Shown piece by piece: positions 1-9,792 of a stretch of 64,000 nucleotides of DNA (positions are counted from its first letter, which is position 1; every line of letters starts with the position of its first letter). Source of the stretch: an uncultured Dictyoglomota bacterium (lineage in GTDB: Bacteria > Dictyoglomota > Dictyoglomia > Dictyoglomales > Dictyoglomaceae); the NCBI GenBank assembly GCA_964654465.1, contig CAZZIO010000035.1, forward strand, positions 16,819 to 80,818, read 5' to 3'. The notes beneath the pieces are model-generated. The model saw only the letters and a program-made list of their open reading frames with translations, did no database searches and was not told the origin of the DNA. The position numbers and the translations under genes are program-made.

Positions 1-805
1 CATTAAGCTCGTTTATAATATTTTGTATTCTAACTCCCTTAAACCCAACACAAGCACCAATTGGATCTATTTCAGGATAATGAGAATAAACAGCAACCTT
101 CGATCTTAAACCTGGTTCTCTTGCTATGCTTACAATTTCTACAGTTCCTTCTTTAATCTCAGGAACTTCCAATTCAAAAAGCCTTTTTAAAAATCCAGGA
201 TGGCTTCGTGATAATATTACTAAGGGATCTTTTGTGGTCTTTCTTACCTCCAAAAGGTAAGCTCTTAATCTTCTTCCTATCCAATATTCTTCTCCTGGAA
301 TCTGTTCTTTTACAGGTAACACTGCCTCAATATCAGGAAATCTTACATAAACATTTCCTCTTTCTATTCTTACCACAGTACCATTAACTAATTCTCCCTC
401 TTTAGCTTTATATTTATCATATAAAATTTTTCTTTCGGCTTCTTTCAAACTTTGCATAATAACCTGTTTTGCAACTTGAACAGCTATACGCCCAAATTCT
501 TGAGGTTCCACTTCTATTTCTATCTCATCTCCTAATTTTGCATCAGGTTTTAAGGCCTTTGCCTCATCAATCGTAATCTCTGAAATTGGATCTAATACCT
601 TTTCAACCACTCTCTTTACCACATAAATTCTTATTTCTTGTCTATTTACATCTATTTCTACACGCGCACCTTTGCTTGTACCATAAGCTTTCTTAAAAGC
701 TGAAAGTAAGGCTTTTCTTAAAGCCTCTATAACTACAGCTTTATCTAACTTTTTCTCTTTAATAATCTGTTCTAAAACAACCCAGAAATCTTCACCTAAT
801 CTCAT
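1..805 (-). CDS. nusA: Transcription termination/antitermination factor NusA (3' end truncated by the window edge)
   Basis: Not in the ORF track; hand translation from ATG at 805 gives MRLGEDFWVVLEQIIKEKKLDK...EFGRIAVQVAKQVIMQ...SRSHPGFLKRLFELEVPEI...AREPGLRSKVAV...DPIGACVGFKGVRIQNIINEL. SD GGAGGA upstream; follows rimP. Confidence 0.97.
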   Translation of the reverse strand, partial: MRLGEDFWVVLEQIIKEKKLDKAVVIEALRKALLSAFKKAYGTSKGARVEIDVNRQEIRIYVVKRVVEKVLDPISEITIDEAKALKPDAKLGDEIEIEVEPQEFGRIAVQVAKQVIMQSLKEAERKILYDKYKAKEGELVNGTVVRIERGNVYVRFPDIEAVLPVKEQIPGEEYWIGRRLRAYLLEVRKTTKDPLVILSRSHPGFLKRLFELEVPEIKEGTVEIVSIAREPGLRSKVAVYSHYPEIDPIGACVGFKGVRIQNIINELN

Positions 806-820
806 AAATTATCATCCTCC

Positions 821-1291
821 TCAAAATTCTACAATCAACCTTGCTTTTTTTATTTTGGAGAAAGGAATATGAATAAATTTACCATCAACTTCTATTATTA
901 CATTTTCTTCATCAGTACTTATAATTTTTCCCTCAACCTTCCTTCTCCCTTCAATATTTTCTAAAAGTAAAATATTTACTTTTTCGCCAACATGTCTATC
1001 AAAATCTCGCCTTTTCTTTAATGGTCTATCTAAACCAGGAGATGAAACTTCAAGCACATATGAATGTGGAATTGGATCGTGAATATCAAGTTCCTTGCTT
1101 ATTTTTTCACTTATATAAGCACAGTCCTCTACTGTGACACCTCCTACTTTATCAACAAATACCCTTAGTACCCATCCACGAGATTCTCTTTGATATTCTA
1201 AGTCTACAAGTTCAAAATAGTATCTCTCGCAGACAGGCTCCACGATACTTCTTAGTTTTTTGATAAACTCCATATGTATTTGATCTTTCAC
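821..1291 (-). CDS. rimP: Ribosome maturation factor RimP
   Basis: LRVFVDK..GVTVEDC and YVLEVSSPGLDRPLK motifs; directly upstream of nusA. Confidence 0.96.
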   Translation of the reverse strand: MKDQIHMEFIKKLRSIVEPVCERYYFELVDLEYQRESRGWVLRVFVDKVGGVTVEDCAYISEKISKELDIHDPIPHSYVLEVSSPGLDRPLKKRRDFDRHVGEKVNILLLENIEGRRKVEGKIISTDEENVIIEVDGKFIHIPFSKIKKARLIVEF

Positions 1292-1307
1292 TTTCTTTTA
1301 CCTTATT

Positions 1308-1338
1308 AAAAAGAAAAAGTGGGAACTCCCACTTTTTC
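1308..1338 (-). promoter_or_regulatory. rimP leader terminator-like hairpin (attenuator)
   Basis: Perfect 11-bp stem GAAAAAGTGGG/CCCACTTTTTC (1313-1323/1328-1338), 4-nt loop, T-run after it on the minus strand; lies between the promoter and the rimP start. Confidence 0.75.
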
Positions 1339-1373
1339 GTCCTTAAACTTTCTCTTCTAACAAACTTTATTTA

Positions 1374-1402
1374 AGTATACATTAAATCACTATAAAAAGC
1401 AA
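1374..1402 (-). promoter_or_regulatory. Sigma70-type promoter of rimP-nusA
   Basis: TTGCTT-N17-TATACT on the minus strand. Confidence 0.6.
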
Positions 1403-1429
1403 TAAAATAATTAAAAATTTTAGCTTATT

Positions 1430-1747
1430 TTAACCATCATTACTAAAAATTTCTTTTGGTATTTCATATATTTCTATAACATTCAACAAAGCTAAGATCT
1501 TTAAGAAAGTGTTTATTTCTAAATTTTTAGTATTTATCCCTCTATCCTCTGCCTGTTTTTTGTATATTTGAAAAAATTCTGATAAACTAAGTTTTGGAGC
1601 CAATATCTTTTGACAAAGTATTAAAATTTCTCGAGCATTTCCAATAGCAACCACAGGAATATCGTACCTGTTAATATTTTCATCTTTTTTCAATATTCTT
1701 ACTATATATATTGGGAAATTGTAGCTCAATCTTAATACAACTCCCAT
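1430..1747 (-). CDS. Hypothetical protein (105 aa)
   Basis: ATG-started ORF filling the gap between rimP and rpsB; TGnTATACT element just upstream; no motif recognised. Confidence 0.55.
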   Translation of the reverse strand: MGVVLRLSYNFPIYIVRILKKDENINRYDIPVVAIGNAREILILCQKILAPKLSLSEFFQIYKKQAEDRGINTKNLEINTFLKILALLNVIEIYEIPKEIFSNDG

Positions 1748-1804
1748 TCTTTTAAAGAAATTTTAAACAAAGTATACCATAAATAAAAATTTCTTTAAAT
1801 AGTC

Positions 1805-1833
1805 TTGTAAACCAAATCACTTCGTGATATACT
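1805..1833 (+). promoter_or_regulatory. rpsB promoter
   Basis: TTGTAA-N17-TATACT with extended -10 TG. Confidence 0.7.
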
Positions 1834-1854
1834 CCTTTTTGAATGATTTGAGAA

Positions 1855-1936
1855 CTCACCCTTCCAGATTCTCTTGGGGGTGCTTCTCTTTTAGGAGAAG
1901 TTCCAAGAGAAGAAGAAGGAAGGGGAGGAAAAAACC
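1855..1936 (+). ncRNA. rpsB (S2) autoregulatory leader RNA
   Basis: Nested stems CCTTCC/GGAAGG, TTCTCTTGG/CCAAGAGAA and CTTCTC/GAGAAG, with GGGGTG and 3' GAGG..AACC elements typical of rpsB leaders. Confidence 0.75.
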
Positions 1937-1955
1937 AAAATATGGAGGTGTTACA

Positions 1956-2699
1956 ATGGCACATGTATTAATGAAACAGCTCTTAGAAGCAGGAGTTCAT
2001 TTCGGGCACCAGACAAAAAGATGGTGTCCAAAAATGAAAGAATACATATTTTCTGAGAGAAATGGTATCCACATTATTGATCTTCAAAAAACACTTGTTA
2101 AACTTGAAGAAGCTTATGAGTTTGTGAAGGAACAGGCAAAAGAAGGTAAAACTTTTCTTTTTGTAGGAACAAAAAAGCAAGCTCAACAGACCATTGAAGA
2201 AGAAGCAAAAAGATGTGGAGCGTTTTATGTTACACAAAGATGGCTTGGAGGTATGTTAACTAATTTTACTACTATAAAGGCAAGAATTGACTATATGATA
2301 AAATTAGAAGAGCTGAAGAATAATGGTTATTTTGAAAAGCTACCTAAAAAACAGGCATCAAGATTAAACAGAGAATTAGAAAAACTTGTAAAAATATTTG
2401 ATGGCTTGAGAGGTATAGAGAGAGTTCCAGATGTATTGTATATAGTTGACCCCAAAAGAGAAGAAATTGCTGTAAAAGAAGCAAATAGGTTGGGTATACC
2501 TATTGTTGCTATTGTGGATACTAATTGTGATCCTGAATTAATCACTTATCCAATTCCAGGAAATGATGACGCAATAAGATCTATAAAACTTATCACTTCA
2601 AAAATAGCAGATGCTATTATAGAGGGCAGAGATTTAAGAGAAAAAGAGCTTTCTCTTGAGTTTAAAGAAGAAGATCTTCAATCAGAAATTTCAGAATAA
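1956..2699 (+). CDS. rpsB: 30S ribosomal protein S2
   Basis: [18 protein letters not shown] and [10 protein letters not shown]; start corrected to ATG 1956 after SD GGAGGTG. Confidence 0.99.
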   Translation: MAHVLMKQLLEAGVHFGHQTKRWCPKMKEYIFSERNGIHIIDLQKTLVKLEEAYEFVKEQAKEGKTFLFVGTKKQAQQTIEEEAKRCGAFYVTQRWLGGMLTNFTTIKARIDYMIKLEELKNNGYFEKLPKKQASRLNRELEKLVKIFDGLRGIERVPDVLYIVDPKREEIAVKEANRLGIPIVAIVDTNCDPELITYPIPGNDDAIRSIKLITSKIADAIIEGRDLREKELSLEFKEEDLQSEISE

Positions 2700-2727
2700 T
2701 TAATAAAAAGTAGGAGGTTGAATAAAG

Positions 2728-3324
2728 ATGGAAATAACTATTGAAATGATAAAGGAATTAAGAGAAAGGACAGGAGCAGGAGTAATGGAGGCTAAGAGAG
2801 CCTTGGAGGAAGCTAATGGAGATATGGAAAAAGCAGTTACCATATTGAGGGAAAAGGGTGTTATAAAGGCTGCTAAAAAAGCTGGAAGAATAGCAAAAGA
2901 AGGGATTATAGAGGCATATATACATACGGGAGAAAAACTTGGAGTTTTAGTAGAAGTAAACTGTGAAACAGACTTTGTAGCAAGAACAGATGAATTTAGA
3001 AGGTTAGCAAAAGAAATAGCTCTCCAGATTGCAGGAATGAACCCCCAATATGTAAGTAAAGAAGATGTTCCTCAAGAGGTTATTGAAAAAGAAAAAGAAA
3101 TATATAGAACTCAGCTTAAGAACGAAGGGAAACCTGACCATGTGATTGAAAAAATTATAGAAGGAAAACTTGAAAAGTTTTATGAAGAAGTATGTTTATT
3201 AGAACAACCTTTTGTAAGAAATCCCGAAATAAAAGTAAAGGATTTAATAACTGAGGCCATATCCAAACTTGGAGAAAATATAGTGGTGAGAAGGTTTGCG
3301 AGGTTTGTTGTGGGAGAAGAGTAA
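2728..3324 (+). CDS. tsf: Elongation factor Ts (short form)
   Basis: [11 protein letters not shown] and [11 protein letters not shown]; 198 aa. Confidence 0.99.
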   Translation: MEITIEMIKELRERTGAGVMEAKRALEEANGDMEKAVTILREKGVIKAAKKAGRIAKEGIIEAYIHTGEKLGVLVEVNCETDFVARTDEFRRLAKEIALQIAGMNPQYVSKEDVPQEVIEKEKEIYRTQLKNEGKPDHVIEKIIEGKLEKFYEEVCLLEQPFVRNPEIKVKDLITEAISKLGENIVVRRFARFVVGEE

Positions 3325-3328
3325 GTAT

Positions 3329-4078
3329 ATGGAACCTAAATATAAAAGAATACTTCTAAAAATAAGCGGAGAATCGTTCAGTGGAACTCAAGGTTTTGGT
3401 TTAGATCCTGAGAGTATTAAAAATATTGCTGAAGACATAAAAGAAGTTCATGATTTAGGGGTAGAAATAGGAGTTGTTGTAGGAGGAGGAAACTTTTTTA
3501 GGGGCAGAGAAAGTAGAACTTTAGGAATAGATAGGGTCACTGCTGATTATATGGGAATGTTAGCTACAACAATAAATGCTCTTGCATTACAGGATGCATT
3601 AGAAAAACTTGGAGTTGTAACAAGAGTACAAACAGGAATTGAGATGAGACAAATTGCTGAACCTTTTATAAGAAGAAGAGCCATAAGACATTTGGAGAAG
3701 GGTAGAGTAGTAATTTTTGCAGCTGGAACTGGAAATCCTTTTTTCTCTACCGACACTGCTGCTGCTTTAAGGGCAGCTGAAATTAAAGCAGAAGTTATTC
3801 TAAAAGAAACAAAGGTTGATGGAGTTTATAACAAAGATCCATTAAAGTATCCTGATGCTGAAAAATTTGATTCCATAGAACCGATTGAATTTCTTAAATT
3901 AAGATTGCAAGTTTTAGATGCTACAGCAGTTTCTTTATGTATGGATAATAAAATTCCTATAATTGTATTCAACATGTCCGAACGAGGGAATCTTAGAAGA
4001 GTTATATTAGGAGAAAAAGTAGGAACCTATATAGGAGATGTTGAAATTATATCCGAGAAGGGGGGAGAAGATGGGTAA
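3329..4078 (+). CDS. pyrH: Uridylate kinase
   Basis: [36 protein letters not shown]; start set at ATG 3329. Confidence 0.98.
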   Translation: MEPKYKRILLKISGESFSGTQGFGLDPESIKNIAEDIKEVHDLGVEIGVVVGGGNFFRGRESRTLGIDRVTADYMGMLATTINALALQDALEKLGVVTRVQTGIEMRQIAEPFIRRRAIRHLEKGRVVIFAAGTGNPFFSTDTAAALRAAEIKAEVILKETKVDGVYNKDPLKYPDAEKFDSIEPIEFLKLRLQVLDATAVSLCMDNKIPIIVFNMSERGNLRRVILGEKVGTYIGDVEIISEKGGEDG

Positions 4079-4628
4079 AGAGCATTTTAAAGAAATAGAA
4101 GAAAAAATGAAAAAGGCAGTAGAGGTTGTAAAAAAAGAATTTCAGGGTATAAGAACAGGTAAACCTTCTGTAGGAATATTTGATGAAATAAAGGTTTCAT
4201 ATTATGGGAATCTTATGCCATTAAACCAAGTAGCAAGTCTTAAAGTGGCAGAAGGAAGAATAGTTATTATTCAGCCATGGGACAAAAGTATTTTAGGAGA
4301 AATAGAAAAGGCTATATTAAAATCTGATCTTGGTTTGACCCCACAAAATGATGGTCAGGCGATAAAAGTTGTATTTCCACCACTTACTGAGGAGAGAAGA
4401 AAAGAACTTGTCAAAGTGGTACATAAAGAGGCAGAAAATGGACGTGTAGCCATAAGAAATATTAGAAGAGATTATTTGGAAATATTTAAAAAAGAAAAAC
4501 AAGAAGGAAAAATATCAGAAGATGAATTTTATCGTCTACAAGAAGAACTGCAAAAACTAACTAACAAATTTATAGATGAAATCGAGAAACTTATAAAATT
4601 AAAAGAGAAAGAGATTATGGAAGTTTAA
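4071..4628 (+). CDS. frr: Ribosome recycling factor
   Basis: [27 protein letters not shown]; start set at ATG 4071. Confidence 0.98.
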   Translation: MGKEHFKEIEEKMKKAVEVVKKEFQGIRTGKPSVGIFDEIKVSYYGNLMPLNQVASLKVAEGRIVIIQPWDKSILGEIEKAILKSDLGLTPQNDGQAIKVVFPPLTEERRKELVKVVHKEAENGRVAIRNIRRDYLEIFKKEKQEGKISEDEFYRLQEELQKLTNKFIDEIEKLIKLKEKEIMEV

Positions 4629-4632
4629 ATCT

Positions 4633-4848
4633 ATGGGTTATTTAGGAAGAAAATACGAAGAAATAGAGAGAGAAATTGGCAAAGAAAATATAATTTTTGA
4701 CTTAAACTATTTAGATGCACCATGCGAAGCCTTTGGAGATTTAAGAATAGTTGCTGAAAAAAGAGTAAATGGGAAGTGGTATTTCTTATTATCATATGAA
4801 AATTACCAAATAAGAAACATCAAAGATGGTAGAGATTCCAAAAGATAA
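4633..4848 (+). CDS. Small hypothetical protein (71 aa)
   Basis: Exactly fills the frr-uppS gap; starts 4 nt after the frr stop and overlaps uppS by 23 nt. Confidence 0.65.
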   Translation: MGYLGRKYEEIEREIGKENIIFDLNYLDAPCEAFGDLRIVAEKRVNGKWYFLLSYENYQIRNIKDGRDSKR

Positions 4849-5554
4849 ATTACCAAATCATATAGCTTTTATAATGGATGGAAATGGAAGATGGGCAAAA
4901 GAAAGAAATCTTCCGAGACTGATGGGACATAGAGAAGGTGCTTTGGTTGTTGAAAGAATATCTGAAACTGCCTTTAATTGGGGGATAAAATATTTAACCT
5001 TTTTTGCCTTTTCTACAGAAAACTGGAAAAGGCCAAGAGAAGAAGTAGAAGGTCTAATGAAACTTTTGGATGAAAGTATTGATAACTTTAAAGACAAATT
5101 AATTAAAAACAATATTAGATTGAAGGTTATAGGAAATATAGAAGCTTTACCAGATTATTTACAAAGAAGAATAAGATATGTAATTGAAGAAACTAAAAAT
5201 GGGAAGGATAGAGTATTAACCATAGCATTAAACTATGGTGGAAGATGGGACATATTAGAGGCAGTAAAAAAGATTTTAAATGAGGTAAAATCTAAAAAAT
5301 TCTCATTAGATGACTTAGACGAAAACACCTTTTCATCTTTTCTTTCAACCTATGATATTCCAGATCCAGATCTTTTAATAAGAACAAGTGGAGAATTTAG
5401 AATAAGCAACTTTCTTTTATGGCAATTAGCTTATACAGAGTTATGGTTTACACCAAAATATTGGCCTGATTTTAACGAAGAAGACTTAAAATTAGCCTGT
5501 ATTGAGTTTTCTAAAAGAAAACGAAGATTTGGCGGTTTAGATAACAATGCTTAA
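4826..5554 (+). CDS. uppS: Undecaprenyl diphosphate synthase
   Basis: HIAFIMDGNGRWA, FSTENWKRP, DLLIRTSGEFRISNFLLWQ. Confidence 0.98.
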   Translation: MVEIPKDKLPNHIAFIMDGNGRWAKERNLPRLMGHREGALVVERISETAFNWGIKYLTFFAFSTENWKRPREEVEGLMKLLDESIDNFKDKLIKNNIRLKVIGNIEALPDYLQRRIRYVIEETKNGKDRVLTIALNYGGRWDILEAVKKILNEVKSKKFSLDDLDENTFSSFLSTYDIPDPDLLIRTSGEFRISNFLLWQLAYTELWFTPKYWPDFNEEDLKLACIEFSKRKRRFGGLDNNA

Positions 5555-6329
5555 AAGAATTTTTACTGCCTTATGGGGAATTCCCTTAATTTTATGGATT
5601 GTTCATGTAGGTGATCAACCTTTCTTTATATTTGTGGTATTAGTCGCATGTTTAGGACTTTACGAATTTTATTCTCTTTTAGAGAAAAATAATTATAAAA
5701 CTCTTAAAACAGAAGGTATAGTAGCTGGTTTTTTATATTTAACCTTTCTTTATCTCGAAAGTAGATGGGCTCTGAGAATTTTTTTACCTCTACTTATAGT
5801 TTCAATCCTTGTATATGAATTACTGAAAAAAGAACATTCTATAATAGAAATATCACTAACCTTCTTAGGCTTCTTTTATATTCCTTTTTTATCGGGCTAC
5901 TTTTTGTTATTGAGAAATCTTCCTCAAGGTGAAGTATTAACTTATTATACCCTTTTTGTTACTTGGGTTAGTGATTCAGCATCATATTTTATAGGTAAGT
6001 TTTTTGGTAAGCATAAATTAGCACCTTCTATTAGTCCTAACAAAACAATAGAAGGGACTGTTGCAGGTATTATAGGATCAATTATAGTATCTCTTGCTTT
6101 TGGGGCTGTTTATTATGAAAAATATTTATTACCTATAATTCTTGGAATATCCTTAGGTATAATGGGACAATTAGGAGATCTTGTAGAATCAATGTTAAAA
6201 AGAGAAATAGGGGTAAAGGACTCATCTTCCTTACTTCCAGGTCATGGTGGGATTTTAGACAGATTTGATAGTCTATTTTTTATTGTACCTACTACTTATT
6301 ACATGTTGTTTATTTTACGATTATTATGA
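5547..6329 (+). CDS. cdsA: Phosphatidate cytidylyltransferase
   Basis: Multi-TM protein with SPNKTIEG and KDSSSLLPGHGGILDRFDS. Confidence 0.97.
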   Translation: MLKRIFTALWGIPLILWIVHVGDQPFFIFVVLVACLGLYEFYSLLEKNNYKTLKTEGIVAGFLYLTFLYLESRWALRIFLPLLIVSILVYELLKKEHSIIEISLTFLGFFYIPFLSGYFLLLRNLPQGEVLTYYTLFVTWVSDSASYFIGKFFGKHKLAPSISPNKTIEGTVAGIIGSIIVSLAFGAVYYEKYLLPIILGISLGIMGQLGDLVESMLKREIGVKDSSSLLPGHGGILDRFDSLFFIVPTTYYMLFILRLL

Positions 6330-7468
6330 GAAACATAGTAATATTAGGTGCTTCTGGATCAATAGGCATACAAACTATAGACGTGATAAGAAAACATAAA
6401 AACAAGTTTAAACTTTTGGGGTTAGCTGTAAGGGAGAATATATCATTATTACAAGATGTAATAGAAGAATTTAAACCCCCCTATATCTCTATTTATAATA
6501 AATCAGTAAAATTACCAAATTTAAATTATTCACCTAAAGTTTATTATGGAAGAGAAGGTTTAGAAATTTTAGCCTCTTTAAGCGAAGCAGAACTGATTGT
6601 TATAGCTATTTCGGGGATAGAGGCTATTTACCCTACTCAAAAAGCAATTTTAAATAATAAAAAAATCGCCTTAGCCACAAAAGAAGTAATCGTTGCTGCA
6701 GGAAAATTTATTAAAGAGTGGCTAAAAAATACAAAATCAGAAATAATACCTGTAGATAGTGAACACAGTGCTATATTCCAGCTTATTAAAAATAGGATCC
6801 ATATAGAGAATATTATATTAACAGCATCAGGGGGACCTTTCTTTAAAAATGATAAAAAAGATATTGAAAATGCAAAAATAGAGGATGTATTGAAACATCC
6901 CCGATGGAAAATGGGGAAAAAAACTACTGTTGATTCTGCAAATCTGGTTAATAAAGCCTTAGAAATCGTGGAAGCTCATTATCTTTTTAATGTACCGTAT
7001 GAAAATATTAAAGTTGTTATACATCCACAGAGTATCGTTCATGGAATCATTGAATTATTAGATGGTAGTATGATGGCATATCTTTCACCTCCCGATATGA
7101 GGTTTGCAATTCAATATGCTCTTTTTTATCCTGAAGGACCAATTTATAAATGGGAAAAATTAAACCTCCAAAATTTAATACTTGAATTTTATCCAGTTGA
7201 TGATGACATGTTCCCTATTATTAAATATCTTTATAATGTGGTAAAAAACGGTGATATATATCCTGCAATTCTTGCTATTTCTGATGAAATATTTGTTTCA
7301 TATTTTATAAATGGACAAATAAGATTTTCTCAAATTGTTCCATTAATAATGGAACTTATGGAAAAATGGAAAGGAAAAAGTAACATTGACAACATTGATG
7401 AATTGTTTAGCCTTATTGAATGGGTTAAAAAAGAATCGGAAAATCTTATTAAAACCTACTCTTCTTAA
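6326..7468 (+). CDS. dxr: 1-deoxy-D-xylulose 5-phosphate reductoisomerase
   Basis: ILGASGSIG, PVDSEHSAIFQ, LTASGGPF, HPRWKMGKKTTVDSA. Confidence 0.97.
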   Translation: MRNIVILGASGSIGIQTIDVIRKHKNKFKLLGLAVRENISLLQDVIEEFKPPYISIYNKSVKLPNLNYSPKVYYGREGLEILASLSEAELIVIAISGIEAIYPTQKAILNNKKIALATKEVIVAAGKFIKEWLKNTKSEIIPVDSEHSAIFQLIKNRIHIENIILTASGGPFFKNDKKDIENAKIEDVLKHPRWKMGKKTTVDSANLVNKALEIVEAHYLFNVPYENIKVVIHPQSIVHGIIELLDGSMMAYLSPPDMRFAIQYALFYPEGPIYKWEKLNLQNLILEFYPVDDDMFPIIKYLYNVVKNGDIYPAILAISDEIFVSYFINGQIRFSQIVPLIMELMEKWKGKSNIDNIDELFSLIEWVKKESENLIKTYSS

Positions 7469-7590
7469 ATATAGTACCCGTTTATTAGAATTAGAGTTCA
7501 TATAATCTATTTTGGAATTCTATATTTGTTGAATTTTTGCTAAAATCAATCTAAAATTTGTATAATACTAATTCTTAGGAGGAATCATTT

Positions 7591-7695
7591 ATGAGGAAAT
7601 GGAAAATGATTAAAAAGATAGAAACAAAAGAAGATGGTAGGCTTATGTATTATTACGATTTTGAATTAGAGGGAGAGATTAACGATGAGCAGTGA
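7591..7695 (+). CDS. 34-aa small protein upstream of galT (MRKWKMIKKIETKEDGRLMYYYDFELEGEINDEQ)
   Basis: Strong SD AGGAGG 8 nt before ATG 7591; TATAAT at 7561; overlaps the galT start by 11 nt; below the ORF-track cutoff. Confidence 0.7.
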   Translation: MRKWKMIKKIETKEDGRLMYYYDFELEGEINDEQ

Positions 7696-8644
7696 ACTTA
7701 GATGGCATCCATTTTTAAAAGAATGGGTAATTGTGGCTGGTAAGGTCCAAGAAAGACCTGTTCTTCCAGCAAGAAATGCATGCCCATTATGCTATGGAGG
7801 TGTAGAGATTCCAAAACCTTTTGATATAGCAGTTTTCGAAAATAGATATCCATCCTTAACAAAAGAAACTCCTGATATTATACCTTGGGAAGATGATTTG
7901 TATAAATTAGAAGAGGGAAGAGGAGTATGTGAAGTTGTTCTTTATACTATGGATCATGATTCCTCCATGTCGAGAATGCCCTTAGAACAAATAGAAAAGT
8001 TAGTTTTAGTTTGGGAAGACAGATACAAGGATTTAGGAAGTCTGGATTTTATAAAATATGTTTTTATATTTGAAAATAGAGGAGAAATTATAGGTGTAAG
8101 TTTACACCACCCGCATGGACAAATATATGCTTTTCCTTATATTCCTCCAATTATAGAAAAAGAGATTATATCAAGCGATGAATTTTATAATCAAAAGAAT
8201 AAATGTCTCTTTTGTTCAATTCTGGAAAGAGAACTTAGTGAGGGAGTAAGAGTTGTATATGAGAACAAACATTTTGTAGCTTTTATGCCCTTTTATGGAA
8301 GATATCCTTTTGAATTACATATATACTCTAAAAGACATGTAGGATCTCTTTCAGAGATGACATATGCTGAAAAAATATATCTTGCTGAAATAATTCAGAA
8401 AATCACAAAAGCCTATGATAATGTATATGGCTTTAACTTTTCCTACATGATGGTTTTTCATCAAAAACCTGTAAAAGGTGACTTTCCTAATTATCATTTT
8501 CATATAGAATTTTATTCCCTACATAGAGCAAAAGACAAAATAAAATATTTAGCAGGAGTAGAGTCGGGTGCCGGAACTTTTATAAACCCTTTATCTCCAG
8601 AAGAATCTGCTGAACTTATGAGGGATAGTATAAGGAGGCTTTAA
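7685..8644 (+). CDS. galT: Galactose-1-phosphate uridylyltransferase
   Basis: CPLC, FENRYPSL, FENRG..IGVSLHHPHGQIYA (HxHxQ motif). Confidence 0.96.
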   Translation: MSSELRWHPFLKEWVIVAGKVQERPVLPARNACPLCYGGVEIPKPFDIAVFENRYPSLTKETPDIIPWEDDLYKLEEGRGVCEVVLYTMDHDSSMSRMPLEQIEKLVLVWEDRYKDLGSLDFIKYVFIFENRGEIIGVSLHHPHGQIYAFPYIPPIIEKEIISSDEFYNQKNKCLFCSILERELSEGVRVVYENKHFVAFMPFYGRYPFELHIYSKRHVGSLSEMTYAEKIYLAEIIQKITKAYDNVYGFNFSYMMVFHQKPVKGDFPNYHFHIEFYSLHRAKDKIKYLAGVESGAGTFINPLSPEESAELMRDSIRRL

Positions 8645-8646
8645 AG

Positions 8647-9792
8647 ATGCTTGATGAAACCATTAAGAGGATTTTTGACGATATAGAAGGATTTAGAATT
8701 TTTAGAGCTCCTGGAAGAGTAAATCTCATAGGTGAACATACTGATTATCATTATGGATTTGTGTTACCAGTAAGTATTGATAGATATTTTTATTTTTGCA
8801 TTAAGGAAAATAATCTCAATAAATTTAGAATATATTCGGAAAATTTTACAGAACTTTATGAATTTGACTATGACTCTATCAAATATGATCCCGAAAAACT
8901 TTGGATAAATTATTTAAAAGGAGTTATCAATGAAATTATAAAACTGAAAGGTAAAATACCTTATTTTGACGCATTAATATATGGCGATATACCAATGGGA
9001 TCTGGACTTTCAAGTTCTGCAGCCTATGAAGTTGCTGTAGCTTTTGGAATAAATACTTACTTTAATCTTGGAATAGATAAAAAAGAGATTGCTAGATTAT
9101 CTCAAAGAGCTGAAAATAATTTTGTGGGTGCACCATGTGGTATTATGGACCAGTTTATCGCTACTTTTGGTAAAGAAAATACAGCCTTGTTTATCGATAC
9201 ATTAACTTTGGATTTTGAGAATGTACCTTTTGATCTAAATAAGAGAAATTTAAAATTAGTGGTGGTTGATACAAAAATTAAGCATTCTATTGCTGGTGAA
9301 GGATACTCTACAAGGAGAAGGGAAGGGGAGGAAGCCTTAAAAATTCTTAGGAAATATCTTCCCATAAATTCACTTAGAGACTTAAATGATGAAAGTTTTA
9401 AAATATCACAAGAAGTCTTGCCTTCACCATTAAAAGAAAGAGTCGCTCATGTTTATAACGAAAATAAAAGGGTTGTTGCTTTTGTTGATGATCTCAAAAG
9501 AAATAATTGGGAAAATCTTCCTAAATATATGTTAGATTCCCATTTAAGTTTAAAGTATCTCTATGAGGTTACTTGTGAAGAATTAGATTTTTTAGTAGAA
9601 AAAGCCTTAGAATATGGTGCATTTGCATCGAGAATGACAGGTGGCGGTTTTGGAGGATCAACAGTAAATTTAGTTCATCAAGACATATTAGATAAATGGT
9701 CTGATAACATTTCTAAGAGCTATAGAGAAAAATTTGGTTTTGATCCAGGAATTTTATTACTAAATATCTCAGATGGGGTGCGGGAGATTTAA
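8647..9792 (+). CDS. galK: Galactokinase
   Basis: APGRVNLIGEHTDY, PMGSGLSSSAA, CGIMDQ, RMTGGGFGG. Confidence 0.98.
   Translation: MLDETIKRIFDDIEGFRIFRAPGRVNLIGEHTDYHYGFVLPVSIDRYFYFCIKENNLNKFRIYSENFTELYEFDYDSIKYDPEKLWINYLKGVINEIIKLKGKIPYFDALIYGDIPMGSGLSSSAAYEVAVAFGINTYFNLGIDKKEIARLSQRAENNFVGAPCGIMDQFIATFGKENTALFIDTLTLDFENVPFDLNKRNLKLVVVDTKIKHSIAGEGYSTRRREGEEALKILRKYLPINSLRDLNDESFKISQEVLPSPLKERVAHVYNENKRVVAFVDDLKRNNWENLPKYMLDSHLSLKYLYEVTCEELDFLVEKALEYGAFASRMTGGGFGGSTVNLVHQDILDKWSDNISKSYREKFGFDPGILLLNISDGVREI

Noticed and set aside
1824-1955. 44-aa N-terminal extension of S2 in the ORF track
   Set aside because: It overlaps the promoter and structured leader; a strong SD precedes ATG 1956
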